A stretch of DNA of 64,000 bases from Hormiphora californensis (lineage: Eukaryota > Animalia > Ctenophora), in assembly GCA_020137815.1 (NCBI GenBank), contig CM035355.1, forward strand, positions 1,426,001 to 1,490,000, in the 5' to 3' direction. The notes beneath the pieces are model-generated. The model had not been told where the DNA came from. It worked only from the letters and a program-made list of their open reading frames with translations, and ran no database searches. Positions 52,301-64,000 of this stretch are shown one piece after another. Numbering within the stretch: position 1 is the first letter of the stretch; each line of letters begins with the position of its first letter. The position numbers were made by a program, and so were the translations under genes.

Positions 52301-54041
52301 ACCAAGGAGACCTCAAATATGCAATTTGAGCTCTTAAGTCGAATTCATATTTTTGCTACAGCTATTTAAAAAATGTCCTGTAAATACGTTTTTGGCATCT
52401 CAAAAAAATTTTTTAAAAGATAGGAGCATGAAAATTTAAGGATTTGAAGAGGACATGAAGGTGAATAACCACAAAAAAAATTTTTGCAATCCGAGCTGAT
52501 TTCCGGTCCTGAGATGGATTTCTTTTTTTCCACTTTAACGCCCTATTTGGCAAAGTTCCGAAAACATGTGAAAGCTGTAAATTGGTGAAAAGTTGCGTCT
52601 AACGATTATCTAAGTGGCCATAAATTTTGGGCGTGTCCTTATTTGAAATAAGATGTACAGAGTTTTTTTTGTGAAAGCCGTCATTTCAGAAATAAATAAA
52701 TTCCCTGTATCTCAAAAACGGCTGATCGTAGAGACCTGAGACTATGCTTAAACGATTCAGAAGGTCCGATTTTGGGGGGGTCTTCTGAGAGACATTTTGC
52801 TCCTACTTCAACCGTTTTTGCTGTAATTGCGAAAAACAAAAACCCATCTTCGCCATCGTGGATTTTTTGTGATTTTGTTTTTGGTGATTATAGGGACCCA
52901 TATGGACCAAATAGTGAAGGAATTAGCTTGTTACACATTTTTCCATAGTTTCGGTCCTTTCTTAGCCAAAATTCCCTAATTACAGGATATTGGAGTTTAG
53001 CTTTTGCCCTTTCCATAGAATTTGTTTTTCGCAATTACAGCAAAAACGGTTGAAGTAGGAGCAAAATGTCTCTCAGAAGACCCCCCCAAAATCGGACCTT
53101 CTGAATCGTTTAAGCATAGTCTCCGGTCTCTACGATCAGCCGTTTTTGAGATACAGGGAATTTATTTATTTCTGAAATGACGGCTTTCACAAAAAAAACT
53201 CTGTACATCTTATTTCAAATAAGGACACGCCCAAAATTTATGGCCACTTAGATAATCGTTAGACGCAACTTTTCACCAATTTACAGCTTTCACATGTTTT
53301 CGGAACTTTGCCAAATAGGGCGTTAAAGTGGAAAAAAAGAAATCCATCTCAGGACCGGAAATCAGCTCGGATTGCAAAAAAATTTTTTGTGGTTATTCCC
53401 CTTCATGTCCTCTTCAAATCCTCAAATTTTCATGCTCCTATCTTTTAAAAAAAATTTTTGAGATGCCAAAAACGTATTTACAGGACATTTTTTAAATAGC
53501 TGTAGCAAAAATATGAATTCGTCTTGAGAGCTCAAATTGCATATTTGAGGTCTCCTTGGCATGGCCTACAACCCTACGGTGAGAGATTTCCCTGCACTCG
53601 AAAAAATTTTTTGGTTAGCGTACCCTTAATGCTACCTCTGGTGGTGATACAGTGTGTATCAGTACCAGAACTACAAGCCCACATTATTATAGCTATACCT
53701 CTGGTGGTTGGGGTGATGGGACACCTCGACCACTATCAGTTGTTGTCTCTGAAGGAGTGACATCGTCAAATGCTGGAGTAGGTGGAGAATCTTCTGTTGT
53801 TGAGTTTTTATCATCCCTGAAAATGGGGTTATTTGTTTGAGAAGTATTGCTCTGTGATGTTACTAATTGTGTTACTAATTGTGTGTTACTAATGATGTTA
53901 CTAATTGTGTGTTACTCACCCAGATACCACTACACCACTATCAGCAGGAGGAGCAGTAGGTTCCATAGTAGGTGGGAAGGTGCTCTTCCCCAGGGCTGCA
54001 GGAAGCCCAAGTTGTAATAAAACCACCAACACCAACATCAT
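46379..54041 (-). CDS. Ig-superfamily single-pass cell-adhesion protein
   Basis: Signal peptide MMLVLVVLLQLGLPAALG; S/T/P stalk; Ig motifs (LECGG...VKWF, EGVYQCVV, FTVFPQNYTLAEGETAIFSC); TM LVSLLIAGGIILVLILLLCMAVLV; tail RHTGSY...STSL*. Confidence 0.8.
47030..47098. mobile_element. Short MITE-like repeat (partial copy at about 15834)
   Basis: ctgtctggcg...cgccagacag inverted ends; shared core atctgagcgcact.ttga.aatcaaa. Confidence 0.6.
51468..51576 (+). mobile_element. 109-bp hAT-type MITE
   Basis: TIR caggaaccgaccga; 8-bp flanks gttctaac/attctaac. Confidence 0.85.
52236..53625. mobile_element. Non-autonomous fold-back DNA transposon (about 600-bp TIRs, about 180-bp spacer), TTAA TSD, Kolobok-like
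   Basis: ttaa|GGGTACGCTAACC...GGTTAGCGTACCC|ttaa. Confidence 0.92.
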
Positions 54042-55041
54042 CTCACACCTGACTCAAGTAGAATTGTTTACCCAAACGAAATCGAATAGTTCAACGCAAC
54101 AGTGATTGTTTGGGGTGCATCAACATCAAGTAGTTAATATAATAATAATTGTAGCACTAGCATAACATATATTTGCTTCTCTACAATAATATGCAAGCTA
54201 TGAAACAAAACCTGGTAGGCCACAATTTCAAAGCAGGAGAGGTGTTTTTGGCCATTCTACACGTAAATGTGTCACCAAGTTGTACAGTAAACAAAGGTGC
54301 AAATAAATACCAGATTTAGAAATTCAGTGGGAACGGGGTGTGGAGAGAGAAAGATATAGAGATAGAGAGAAACAGAGATAGAGAGAAACAGAGAGAGAGA
54401 GAGAGACAGAGAGATAGTGAAAAACAGAGTGGTAAAGTGCTGGTAGTGGTAAACTGTAAATCTGCTCAATTAATAAACTCTTGAAGAACTGCTAAACAGA
54501 AAATGTGGCGGAGAAATTGCGTCACTTTTTGTCGTGATACGAGTTTCTCTATTTTGGTATGTTGGCTTTCAATCGAACAGCGTAATATTGTATTGGCGTG
54601 GCTTGGCCAGACTCTGGCCAGGAAAAAGATATTGGGTTAAAGATAGGGAGAGAGAGAGAAACATAGAGAGAAAGAGGTAAATAAGATGTAAAGATATAGT
54701 CAGGTGTAAAAGCTGGTTACACACTGCAAAATGCAAGGAAACAATTTCTCCAGTCGGTTAGTTAGGTCACATACACACACCTTTTTTAGCGACTAATGAC
54801 TGGCATGCAAGCAGAGACAGGTTAGAAAAGAGGTTAAAGATCTATTAAATGCAATCATCATAACTTATTTTCTCCTCTCAGCAAAAAAACTAAAAAAGAA
54901 ACGAACAAAAAAGACAAAAGTTAGACAGAAAGTTTATACGACAGTACTGACAGTAGCACTGTAGCGTGGTTATCCCATTCAAGCGAATACTTTGACAGAC
55001 CCGATTCTCTCAATACACCACCTATTATAACTGCACTCTAG

Positions 55042-55234
<193 letters not shown>

Positions 55235-55999
55235 AGGTGAGATATTTTGAGAGAAAGAGGGCGAGAGAGATGCAGAGAAATGCGTGGTAATTAATAACAA
55301 GAAGAGAACGCCGGGGGTAACGAATTACAGTCAAGAAGAGAGAAGCTAAGGCCAAATGTTAAGAAAAAAGAGAAAGACAGAAGGAGAAAGACAGAAATAA
55401 AAGAATGAAAGATAGAGAAACCATGCGTAGAAGCAGAACTATACATGGAAGTCGCCAGTAAAATAGAACGATTTAAAAATTGATCATGGCCAGACGATAA
55501 AATCAGAATTTAGAATGCGCGTCTATAAAGTAAAAAAAATGCTACAAAACGTTCAAAACCTTTATTTATTACTTTACCAAATGTTGTCATACTACATGAC
55601 TGTTTCTTCGCTACACAGTGCAGCAGCTTCGGAGATGGCATTGTGAGACAAATATAATGTTATAGATTGAAACTGGGGGCTGTTGATGCGAATACCTTGA
55701 CACACAGCTTATTAATTGGAGCTTCTGAGAATGGGGGAAGGGGGTTTCCCCAGGGCGACTTTAAATGGTTAAATCGGTTAATATTGTCAGGAAATAGCAA
55801 ATAGATAGAGATTTTAAGATCCACAAATTTCCTGTCAGGCCAATGCTCTGACAGGAAATTTCAGTAAGCCGTGGGATAAAGCATACTCTTTTTTCATTGG
55901 TAGGAAGCCGGCTGATATATTTGTTGTGCCCGACATATTGAACTGTCATCTTCTAACGGCTAGTTATAACTCTGATATATTACTTCAGTAACGATTGTT

Positions 56000-57510
56000 A
56001 TCATAGCGCTGGCAAGCGCCCGGGGCCCAATCCTCCCTCCCCCCAACCACCCTTCCCTTAAAAATGTCCATTTTCCAAGCATTCTTGCTTCCAGTGAATG
56101 GAAAATCGAAATTGCGAAAAAAAAAATTTTTGAATTTTTTGAAAATTTTTGAAAATTTTGACAGCGCTACTATACTTATTGTCTGAAATCGGCAATTTCA
56201 ACTTTGTTTTAGACAACCTTCCCGTTGTCCTACGAACTTGCCGCTTGGTAGTTCGTGTTGCCTTGACACCTAGAGCACACGTTCAAAATTTCATTCAAAT
56301 CGGAGTTACGGTTTTTACGTTACAGAGGGTCGTTTTTTAGACAAAATGTCCGTTTTTCGCGTCACGAACCACCGTAAAATAACCACTTTTTTGCGTACTC
56401 AATAGAGGCCAGAGTTTTAAAGCTATCACCATGAAACTTTGGGAGTCGGTAGGTCTAGTGGTGTACCTTGTATTAAAGCTTGGACAGAGAAAACGGATAG
56501 TCATAACAAAAGTTATGACTGTCTTAAGTTTTCTTTGGCGTCTAAGACAGCCTTCCCGTCGTTCTACGAATACACCGCTTGGTACGTGGTGTTGCCTTGA
56601 CATCTTGAACACACGATCAAAATTTCAAGCAAATCCGAGTTACGGTTCTTCAGTTACGGGTATCTGACTGTATTAAGAATTAAGACGATTTTCAATAAAA
56701 CCTAGAAAAGAGCAAATTGAACTATAAATCATGATTTTATCATTTATATTTTGCCAAAGTAGGTCAACTGCTGTATTATCAGATATTTATTGGTAGTCAT
56801 ATCTTGATTTATGACTGTCTTAAATTTAAGACGATTTTAAAAACACCTAGAATGAAGCGATTCAGAGTCGAAATTAACATTGAATCAGATTTATTTTATA
56901 AAATTAAGTTTACTGCCGCATTTTCAGCTATAATTGGTAGTCATATCTAGGGTTATGACTGTCTTAAATTTAAGACGATTTTAAAAACACCTAGAATGAA
57001 GCGATTCAGAGTCGAAATTAACATTGAATCAGATTTATTTTATAAAATTAAGTTTACTGCCGCATTTTCAGCTATAATTGGTAGTCATATCTAGGGTTAT
57101 GACAGTCTTAAATTTAAGACGATTTTAAAAACCACCGAGAAATGAGCGAATTAGCACCTAGAACCTCATTGTATCAGATATAATATCTGATTATCAATTA
57201 GTCACGGATAATGATCACGGATAAGCGTGATCATTATTTGTGACTAATAATCATAATCATAGAATAATCGCGGAGAACCAATTGCAGATATCAATCGCTA
57301 ATATCAATCGCTAATAACTAACCACGATATCATATCGCGAATAAGTAATATAATAGTAACCAATCGCGGATAGCTAATCGCGATAGCTGATCGCGATAAC
57401 TTATAACGGATTCGTGATCAGTTATCCGCGATTGGTTGTCTGCGATTACTATCATATTAGTTATTCGCAATTGATATCCGAGATTGGATACCTGTGATTA
57501 TTATGAAGCT
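56000..57510. repeat. Complex non-coding repeat, probably a DNA-transposon remnant, with internal direct repeats
   Basis: Diverged pair 56210-56312/56545-56648; about 144-bp tandem unit at 56790-57130; ATCGCG/GATA-rich palindromic tract at 57200-57500. Confidence 0.6.
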
Positions 57511-57606
57511 ACCTACAATTGTAAAAGTCTGTAAATCCCGAATCCGCGTTTATTAAATTAAGCTAGTATTACAAAATACATGTCATAGTATAACAAAATG
57601 CCTGAT

Positions 57607-58011
57607 ACTAGATCCAAAACCAAACAAGTTTGGTGGATAGCCGGGGCCGCAGAAATTAAAAAACATGCGAAAGTTTTGATACATGAACTTTCGGGGCCTG
57701 GGGTGCTGTTAAATTCGCGTTTTCATGATAGCCCGCCGTTCTTTCAAAAACACACTATGATTCTGTAAAACAGACTTGAAGTCAGCTTAGGGAGCATTTT
57801 TCATCCGAGGTTAAACTTTATTCAGGCACGGGGTGTGCGATAGCCGATAGTTTTCCTGGCGTATAGTTTGAAAATGTTGCTGGTGATAATCATGGAAACG
57901 CGAATTTAACAGCACCCCAGGCCCCGAAAGTTCATGTATCAAAACTTTCGCATGTTTTTTAATTTCTGCGGCCCCGGCTATCCACCAAACTTGTTTGGTT
58001 TTGGATCTAGT
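57607..58011. mobile_element. MITE with about 123-bp TIRs
   Basis: actagatccaaaaccaaac...gtttggttttggatctagt; no clear TSD. Confidence 0.8.
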
Positions 58012-58298
58012 GAAGTTTAATAGAAAACAGAGCACCCCCTTGATAGGCCTTCAAGCACAATCATATTTCATTTTTGACCACCCACGCTGGGCTTCTTTGG
58101 TACAATGAAGAAAGTACTTAACACTGTGGTACAACCACATAAAATCAATGAATGTGTCACAATTTCATTTCTTGTCCCCTTTTTACCACATCACACTACT
58201 TCTCAGTCCCACAATCTCACATCCCAGTATGTGAGTGTCTATGGAACATACATTCAGATGATGAGTACTCACAGCACCTTGAATGGGTTGTTCAGTAA

Positions 58299-61276
58299 TC
58301 AGTAGGAGCTGTAGTGATATACTTCACCTTGGTCGTCTAGAAAATATACACTGGTTGATGTATATGAAATGAATGTGGTGAAAACACAGCATTGAGAACA
58401 CTTGATCTACCGAACCCTCACAGAGTGTGAGTCACCCAATCAAGCACTACCCCATACATTTTGAATCAAAAGGCTGCTTACTTGTTTCGTTATTTTCGTA
58501 GTTCTGCATGGGAACCCCCGCAGTAGAAACAGACCAAAACTCCTCCCTCTCCCATTGGGACACGTCTCTATGTACCTCACCATGTTTATCACCCCCTCCA
58601 TCTCTCTCATCAGCCATGTCATTTACCAGGTCGTTTAGCTTGTTTAGGGCTACTGCAACCTGTATAATGTAGAACACTGATCAGTACACTTTCCAATTTC
58701 TTTTCAGGCACTGACTGTACATCGCGCACCCCGGACCCCGGTGGAAGAGGACGGTCGTATATGAGACAACCAATTTCCATGTCTAGAGTAAAAACTAAGA
58801 ACTTCTCAGACGCTTACCTTTTTCATCCGTCTGTTCTTCCTTGCTCGGGCACTGTAACAAGCACCAAATGTCACAAGAGATATGACGGCCAGTAAACCAA
58901 GTCCTGCAAAACTGGCGGTGGCTGTGTCAAACATACCCAGAATATCCGAGTCAAGGAACCACCTCTGAAACGGGATATAACGTGTTAAAAAATATATCTT
59001 GGAAACAGGAACCGACCGAAACAAGTAAACAACCAATCAGAACTCGTTATTTAGGTCACGTGACTAGTTATCAGCCAATCAGGGACCAGTATTTCCTGAT
59101 TCGGTCGGTTCCTGCTTGGAAAACTGATTTGATTTGTCAGGCCAATGCTCTGACAGGATTTAATAGAACCCTAACTAACGATCGGGAAATGGAAGTAGTC
59201 AACAATATTATAATATCTCCTCACCTTTCCCTGCTTGCCCTCCACGACCCCCCTCACCCTGACACTATATTTGGCATGCCCATGGGCCACCAACAAAGGT
59301 CCATTGTAATACCCTCCATACTTCCTCCCATCACCGATAACAAAGTGGTCAGGCAGGTCAGTGAACTCAGCAGTGATATACGGTACTGTCAGATCACCAT
59401 TTTTCTGCGGAGAAATTAGGAAGAGATTAGTGATAGGGAGGATAAAAGAGAGGAGTTAAGGTAGTATCATGATTAAAGGGAGGAAATTAGTGAAATTAGG
59501 GAGGGATTAGGGATAATTGGCTGCTGATAACTTACCTTGCTAAAGCTCTCTTTAGCCATTTCGTATGTGTTCAGGGTAGTTTCAAATGCCTCCTCATCCT
59601 CCACATTTTCTGGGATAAGGATCAGCTGGAAGCGAGATATACCAACAGGTTCTGTACTCTCGTCTATGTAGATTGAAACCTGGTGTGTACCTGCGTCCAT
59701 AAACGTTACATGAACCTGAAAAGAGATCATTGTTAAGTTGCAAAGTTACAAAATTACCATTCCCAATCAACTAAATGGCACTCAGGGGAGGAGGTGTAGA
59801 CAGAACTAGGGGAAGTTGAGGAATGTTATATAGAACAGTTCTAACCTGTGGAAATATAACCTTCTTATCCCCATCCAACACTATCTCTTCTCCTGGTGAC
59901 TCGGTGGTTTCTTTATTAGTATCTTCTTCAGCCTCTTCTTCAGTATCTTTATCAGTATCTTTGTCAGCCTCCTTTTCATCAGGCTGTTTTTCATCTTCTT
60001 CTATGTTCGGTATTGGTAAGGGTTTAGTGATCGGAGTGAGGATCCTTGAATAAAATGTTCTCTTTCCACCCCTGACTGAATACCACTTGAAATCATAGTC
60101 AGTCAGTTTGATAGGATCTTTATTCACACACCTGCAAAAATGGGAGCTGTTAAGATAGAAAATCTGAAAGAAATATCAAACTGGATGGAAAGATCTTGGC
60201 GCGACATGCCCAAGGAAAGATCTTGGAAATAATTTGCTTTCCTCCTTACGCATGTTTATCTGAGACGATGTGCCTTCCATTTACATCCAGGGCGGGGTTT
60301 GCAGCAGTGATGTTCCAGGTTAACACCCACACATCCCAATGAGGAGGGATCGCTTCCAAACCAGATTGACCAAGCATATATCGACTACCACACCCAACAC
60401 CTAAAGCCTGGAACCCCTGGATTGCCCAAAGATGAACTTCCACCTCATTTTCGGGGCTGCTTTCCGGTGTAAAATACACGTATGTAAAAGAGGCAGGGCT
60501 GCGATTAGATGGTATCCGTATTTGTATGACAGATGTGGATTGCTCAAACTGCTTCCTCTCTGATCTCTCTTCTCCATACTCTTCTACGTGTCCCTGGTGG
60601 GGTTCCCAATCAATAGCTGCAGGAAGTTGTGTGAACCCCTTCTTTACAGCGGGCCAATACTGACACACCAGAACCCGATCAGTCCACCCACAATCCACAT
60701 TTTGAGCAGTCAGCATCTGAACACACGATTCTATCCCCTCATCTCTCTTGACATCAGACAGAGTTATGTTAACAACAGGGAGGTAGTTACACGGCTCAAA
60801 CCAGTCCCTGATTGCGGTGAATAGAAACATCTCCTCCTCCTGATTTCCCTTGTTCCTCGCCAGGTTCTCCCCAAACACCTCCCTGTTATACACCGCACTG
60901 TGGACCAGATCTGTGCCCTCTGAGAGTTGCTCGGCCCACCGTTCGGAGGAGAAGGACCCCGTATCCTTTCCGTAACAGATGGAGGGTTGGCTGTGAAGGG
61001 AACGGTATCTATTGTGTTCTTGCATGATTAGACGGGTGGGCCTGTTTAGACCCGGGGCAGTAACTGAACATTCTTCTTGTGACAACCCTGATAGAGGAGA
61101 GGAGTGGTGGGGGTTAGGGGGTAATAACTCCTGGATACACGGCCCTCACGGAGCACGAGAAGGGGTTGATGAGTATTGAGTTGTCACATAGTGATATAAT
61201 ACTGCCTACCTGGTTGGACGAGTGCCAATATTAGTAGTATGACATGTGACGTCATGGCAGTGAGTTGTGACGTCAT
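58299..61276 (-). CDS. Single-pass membrane protein with CAP/SCP domain plus beta-rich/Ig-like domains
   Basis: Signal exon 61276-61210; HNRYRSLH, GENLA, VCQYWPA (CAP); DYDFKWY/DAGTHQV (Ig-like); TM FAGLGLLAVISLVTFGACY; last exon DQGEVYHYSSY*. Confidence 0.8.
59006..59114 (+). mobile_element. 109-bp hAT-type MITE with perfect 8-bp TSD (cttggaaa)
   Basis: TIRs and TSD directly visible. Confidence 0.92.
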
Positions 61277-61795
61277 GACGGTGTGATGGTGATTAAATCA
61301 TTGCATGGTGAGCTTTGGGAAAGTGGTAGTAGTGATATATTGCATTGATTATTTAATTCAGGAACGATGTAGCAAGATTTTACGTGGCAAAATAAATTAG
61401 GAGAGAGAGAATATATAAACACTGTACAGACATACAAACACACATATATTTACACATAATCAGTATGGACAGAGAATCTTTAGTTGTAGGGTCACAAAAC
61501 CCATCTTCCCTTCTTCACATATTGGATTGGTCGCCCGGAGGTCTTCATCAGAAACTCAGGGTACAAATACAGTTCAGAGTTTTAGATTAAAATAAACTGT
61601 TCAAACTTAACATTGGGGGACACCGTGCTGTACATGGGAAGCCTGAAACCTAAAACACTAAAACATAACCCCATAATACAGTTGAAACATTGGAACGGAT
61701 AAATCCCAAAATAAAGAAACCCATAGTTCCTAAAAGAAACACACAATACCCCTTCTGAATTTAAACGCTTTGAAAATAGCTAAAGTTTTTAAACA

Positions 61796-64000
61796 CTAAA
61801 TCATCCGTTTTAGTGTCCCTGCAACCTGGAATACCTTGAGGGCTGCTGCCATTTGGTCCCCTGTGCTAGACTTCTTACCAAGTTTCGGGGTAAACGGTTT
61901 TAACGTCGCTTGCAGGTCCTTTAGAGGAAGAGGAACGGAGGATAATAGGATATAGGGCACAGTTTTTATAAAAGTAGCCCAAACTAAACTTTCTCAAACA
62001 AACAAACAAACAAACAAACAAACAAACAAACAAACAAACAAACAAACAAACAAACAAACAAACAAACAAACAAACAAACAAACAAACAAACAAACAAACC
62101 CACACCTACCTCAGTATGAATGCTCTCTATCTCGACAGCGTCTAGGATGGATAGAGGATCTAGTGAGCCGATATCTGGGGCACCCCGTGAAGGGGGAATA
62201 TCAGTGAGCTCAAAACACGGGAGAGAATGGTACATGGATGGGCCATCGTGGGACTTAGGATCGGGTTTGTGCTTAACGTGGCGTAACCGGGCACCCGTAC
62301 CATCTACCTCTGCATCTAACCTGGAAATGGGTTGTAGCGATGATATGGATGGTAATACATGGCAGGGGAGTGAAACTATTGAGGATTGGTGATTGCGGAG
62401 GGGGGGGGGATGTTGCCATGGTGATATATCTGAAACTTACTCGCTCTCACTGAACTTGAAGTCTGATTTCAGGCAGTAGTCCGCAGTGTATTCAATAATG
62501 GGTGATTGGTCGATACTTTTCTTTACCTAGTGTAGGGACAGGGTTTGTGAGATAATATACCCCGTATTCTATTTGACCGGTTACACTGTCCCCATAGTTT
62601 TTGTATGCTGAGGAAGGACAATAGAGCGGTATCATAACCTGGTATAACCCACTAACCTGATCAGGTATGGTGAGTGGTTCCGACAGAATGTCCCTTGGAA
62701 CACGGGGGTGAGCGAATGATTCCGGGTCATTTATATCCCATTTTGCTGACTGACCCAACGTGCCCACATAGTGGCCCTGTAAGTAAAGGTTGTGAGCAAG
62801 GTCTGATGCAAGATCAGGTATTGCCTTATAATAGGTTCATGAATTACGAAAGAATCTGAGGCACGTCTGACACACAACCAACCTTTCCAGTCCATATCCG
62901 TACGGAGCAGTCCTCTGATCCGGTGAGAAGTAACTCACTAGAACTCAACCCAGATATAAACTCAAAACAACGTATTGTGGAGGTATGTGCCTTCCACTGA
63001 GATAGCACCGGTGGGGGAGACTTCTCTGTGCCTGTTAGATAATAGGGTCGGGTTATGTTTTACAGAATATCTCAGACATTTGACATATTAAATTACCGTA
63101 ATAACTAAATCAGCAACCATGATATTGAGATGATTGACTCACCCTCAAGGCAGTAATCAGAGATGTTGTACAGTTTGACATTTCCCTGACTGTCTCCAGT
63201 AGCTAGAACATTGTTACTACTATTAACAGCTATAAGACAGGTACCGTCTGGACTCTGTATTTGGACATTGGGACGGGGGTTAGTTATTAGATTTAAAAGA
63301 TCCGAGATCGTTTAGAATTTTAGACTTTAGTGCTCCCTGGTTGAATTGTTCGAAGTACACAGTGTCAAGCGACTCAATATATTACATCAACTGACCGGTA
63401 GGAAGAATGCCATGACCTTTCCTCCCTTGTACACGTTCCAAAAGTGAACATAACCACTTGGTCCACAGGCTATCAGAGTTGCTGCTTTCCTTGTAGCGCC
63501 CCTGTTAACTAAAAACACCAAACTATTCACCGCTGCATCCCCCTCAATGTCGCTAAATGGCTTCTTAGGGTCAGGTGCTGGTGCCTTAAATCGACAGAAT
63601 ATGTGGCCAGAGACGAGGGACCAAACTATAATCTGGGGAGAGGGAGGAATGTTAATCTATGTAACGGATTTAGAAAGGGAAGGAGTTAGAAGAGGTCGCG
63701 AGAAGAAAAAGGAAAGGTTAATCAGTTCAAATCTGCTCAATCCTCTCACCTCTCCATCGTAGCTAGATGTAGCGAGATGGTTGGTGACACTGTTAGCCGT
63801 TACTGCTAATATGTCCTCCTTATGTCCCCTAACTTCATCCTCTGTCCAATGTGGGAGGGCCTGTTGCTCGTGGTGAATACTTTCTGTAGTGTCCTAGTGG
63901 TGAGGGGGGTGGTTAGAATCGAACCGTTATATTTCTAACGGTATCTAATATATGGGATTGTTTGGTGTGGAGATTATGAAAATGTGTTAATTATAACTTA
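61796..64000 (-). CDS. WDR49: WDR49/WDY-type WD40 protein, 3' exons (gene begins beyond the right edge)
   Basis: GHKEDILAV...LATSSYDGEIIVWSLVSGHI; WKAHTSTIRC...LLTGSEDCSVRIWT...GTLGQSAKW; YHSLPCFEL. Confidence 0.75.
61996..62099. repeat. (AAAC)n microsatellite
   Basis: Directly visible. Confidence 0.95.

Noticed and set aside
60246-64000. Single WD40+CAP fusion gene
   Set aside because: The WD40 gene has its own stop at 61796 and the CAP gene its own signal-peptide exon at 61276.

Overview
Eukaryotic (animal) nuclear DNA, gene-dense with short GT-AG introns. It is very probably a ctenophore, most likely Pleurobrachia; this is inferred from a 109-bp dispersed repeat I recognise from ctenophore gene models and is not verified by search. 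Left to right: three alternative first exons of a gene leaving the window; a tightly packed minus-strand series (RWDD2, RCL1, an unknown ORF, a frameshifted TopoVIB-like gene) with operon/trans-splicing hallmarks; a SAXO/FAM154 ciliary gene with an internal exon-block duplication; garbled synaptogyrin-like and adhesion-GPCR-like sequence; an intact 8-exon orphan class-A GPCR; a tandem duplication of an intronless aminopropyltransferase plus the 5' end of TMEM184, with a CR1-type LINE in the second copy; TMEM184; an ADAR/ADAD-type pseudo-deaminase with a prion-like N-terminus and long fold-back elements in its introns; an Ig-superfamily adhesion molecule; a membrane-anchored CAP protein; and the 3' part of WDR49. 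MITEs, fold-back elements and microsatellites are abundant. Several patches contain clustered frameshifts that may be consensus-sequence errors. All exon models were read by eye and no database searches were run.
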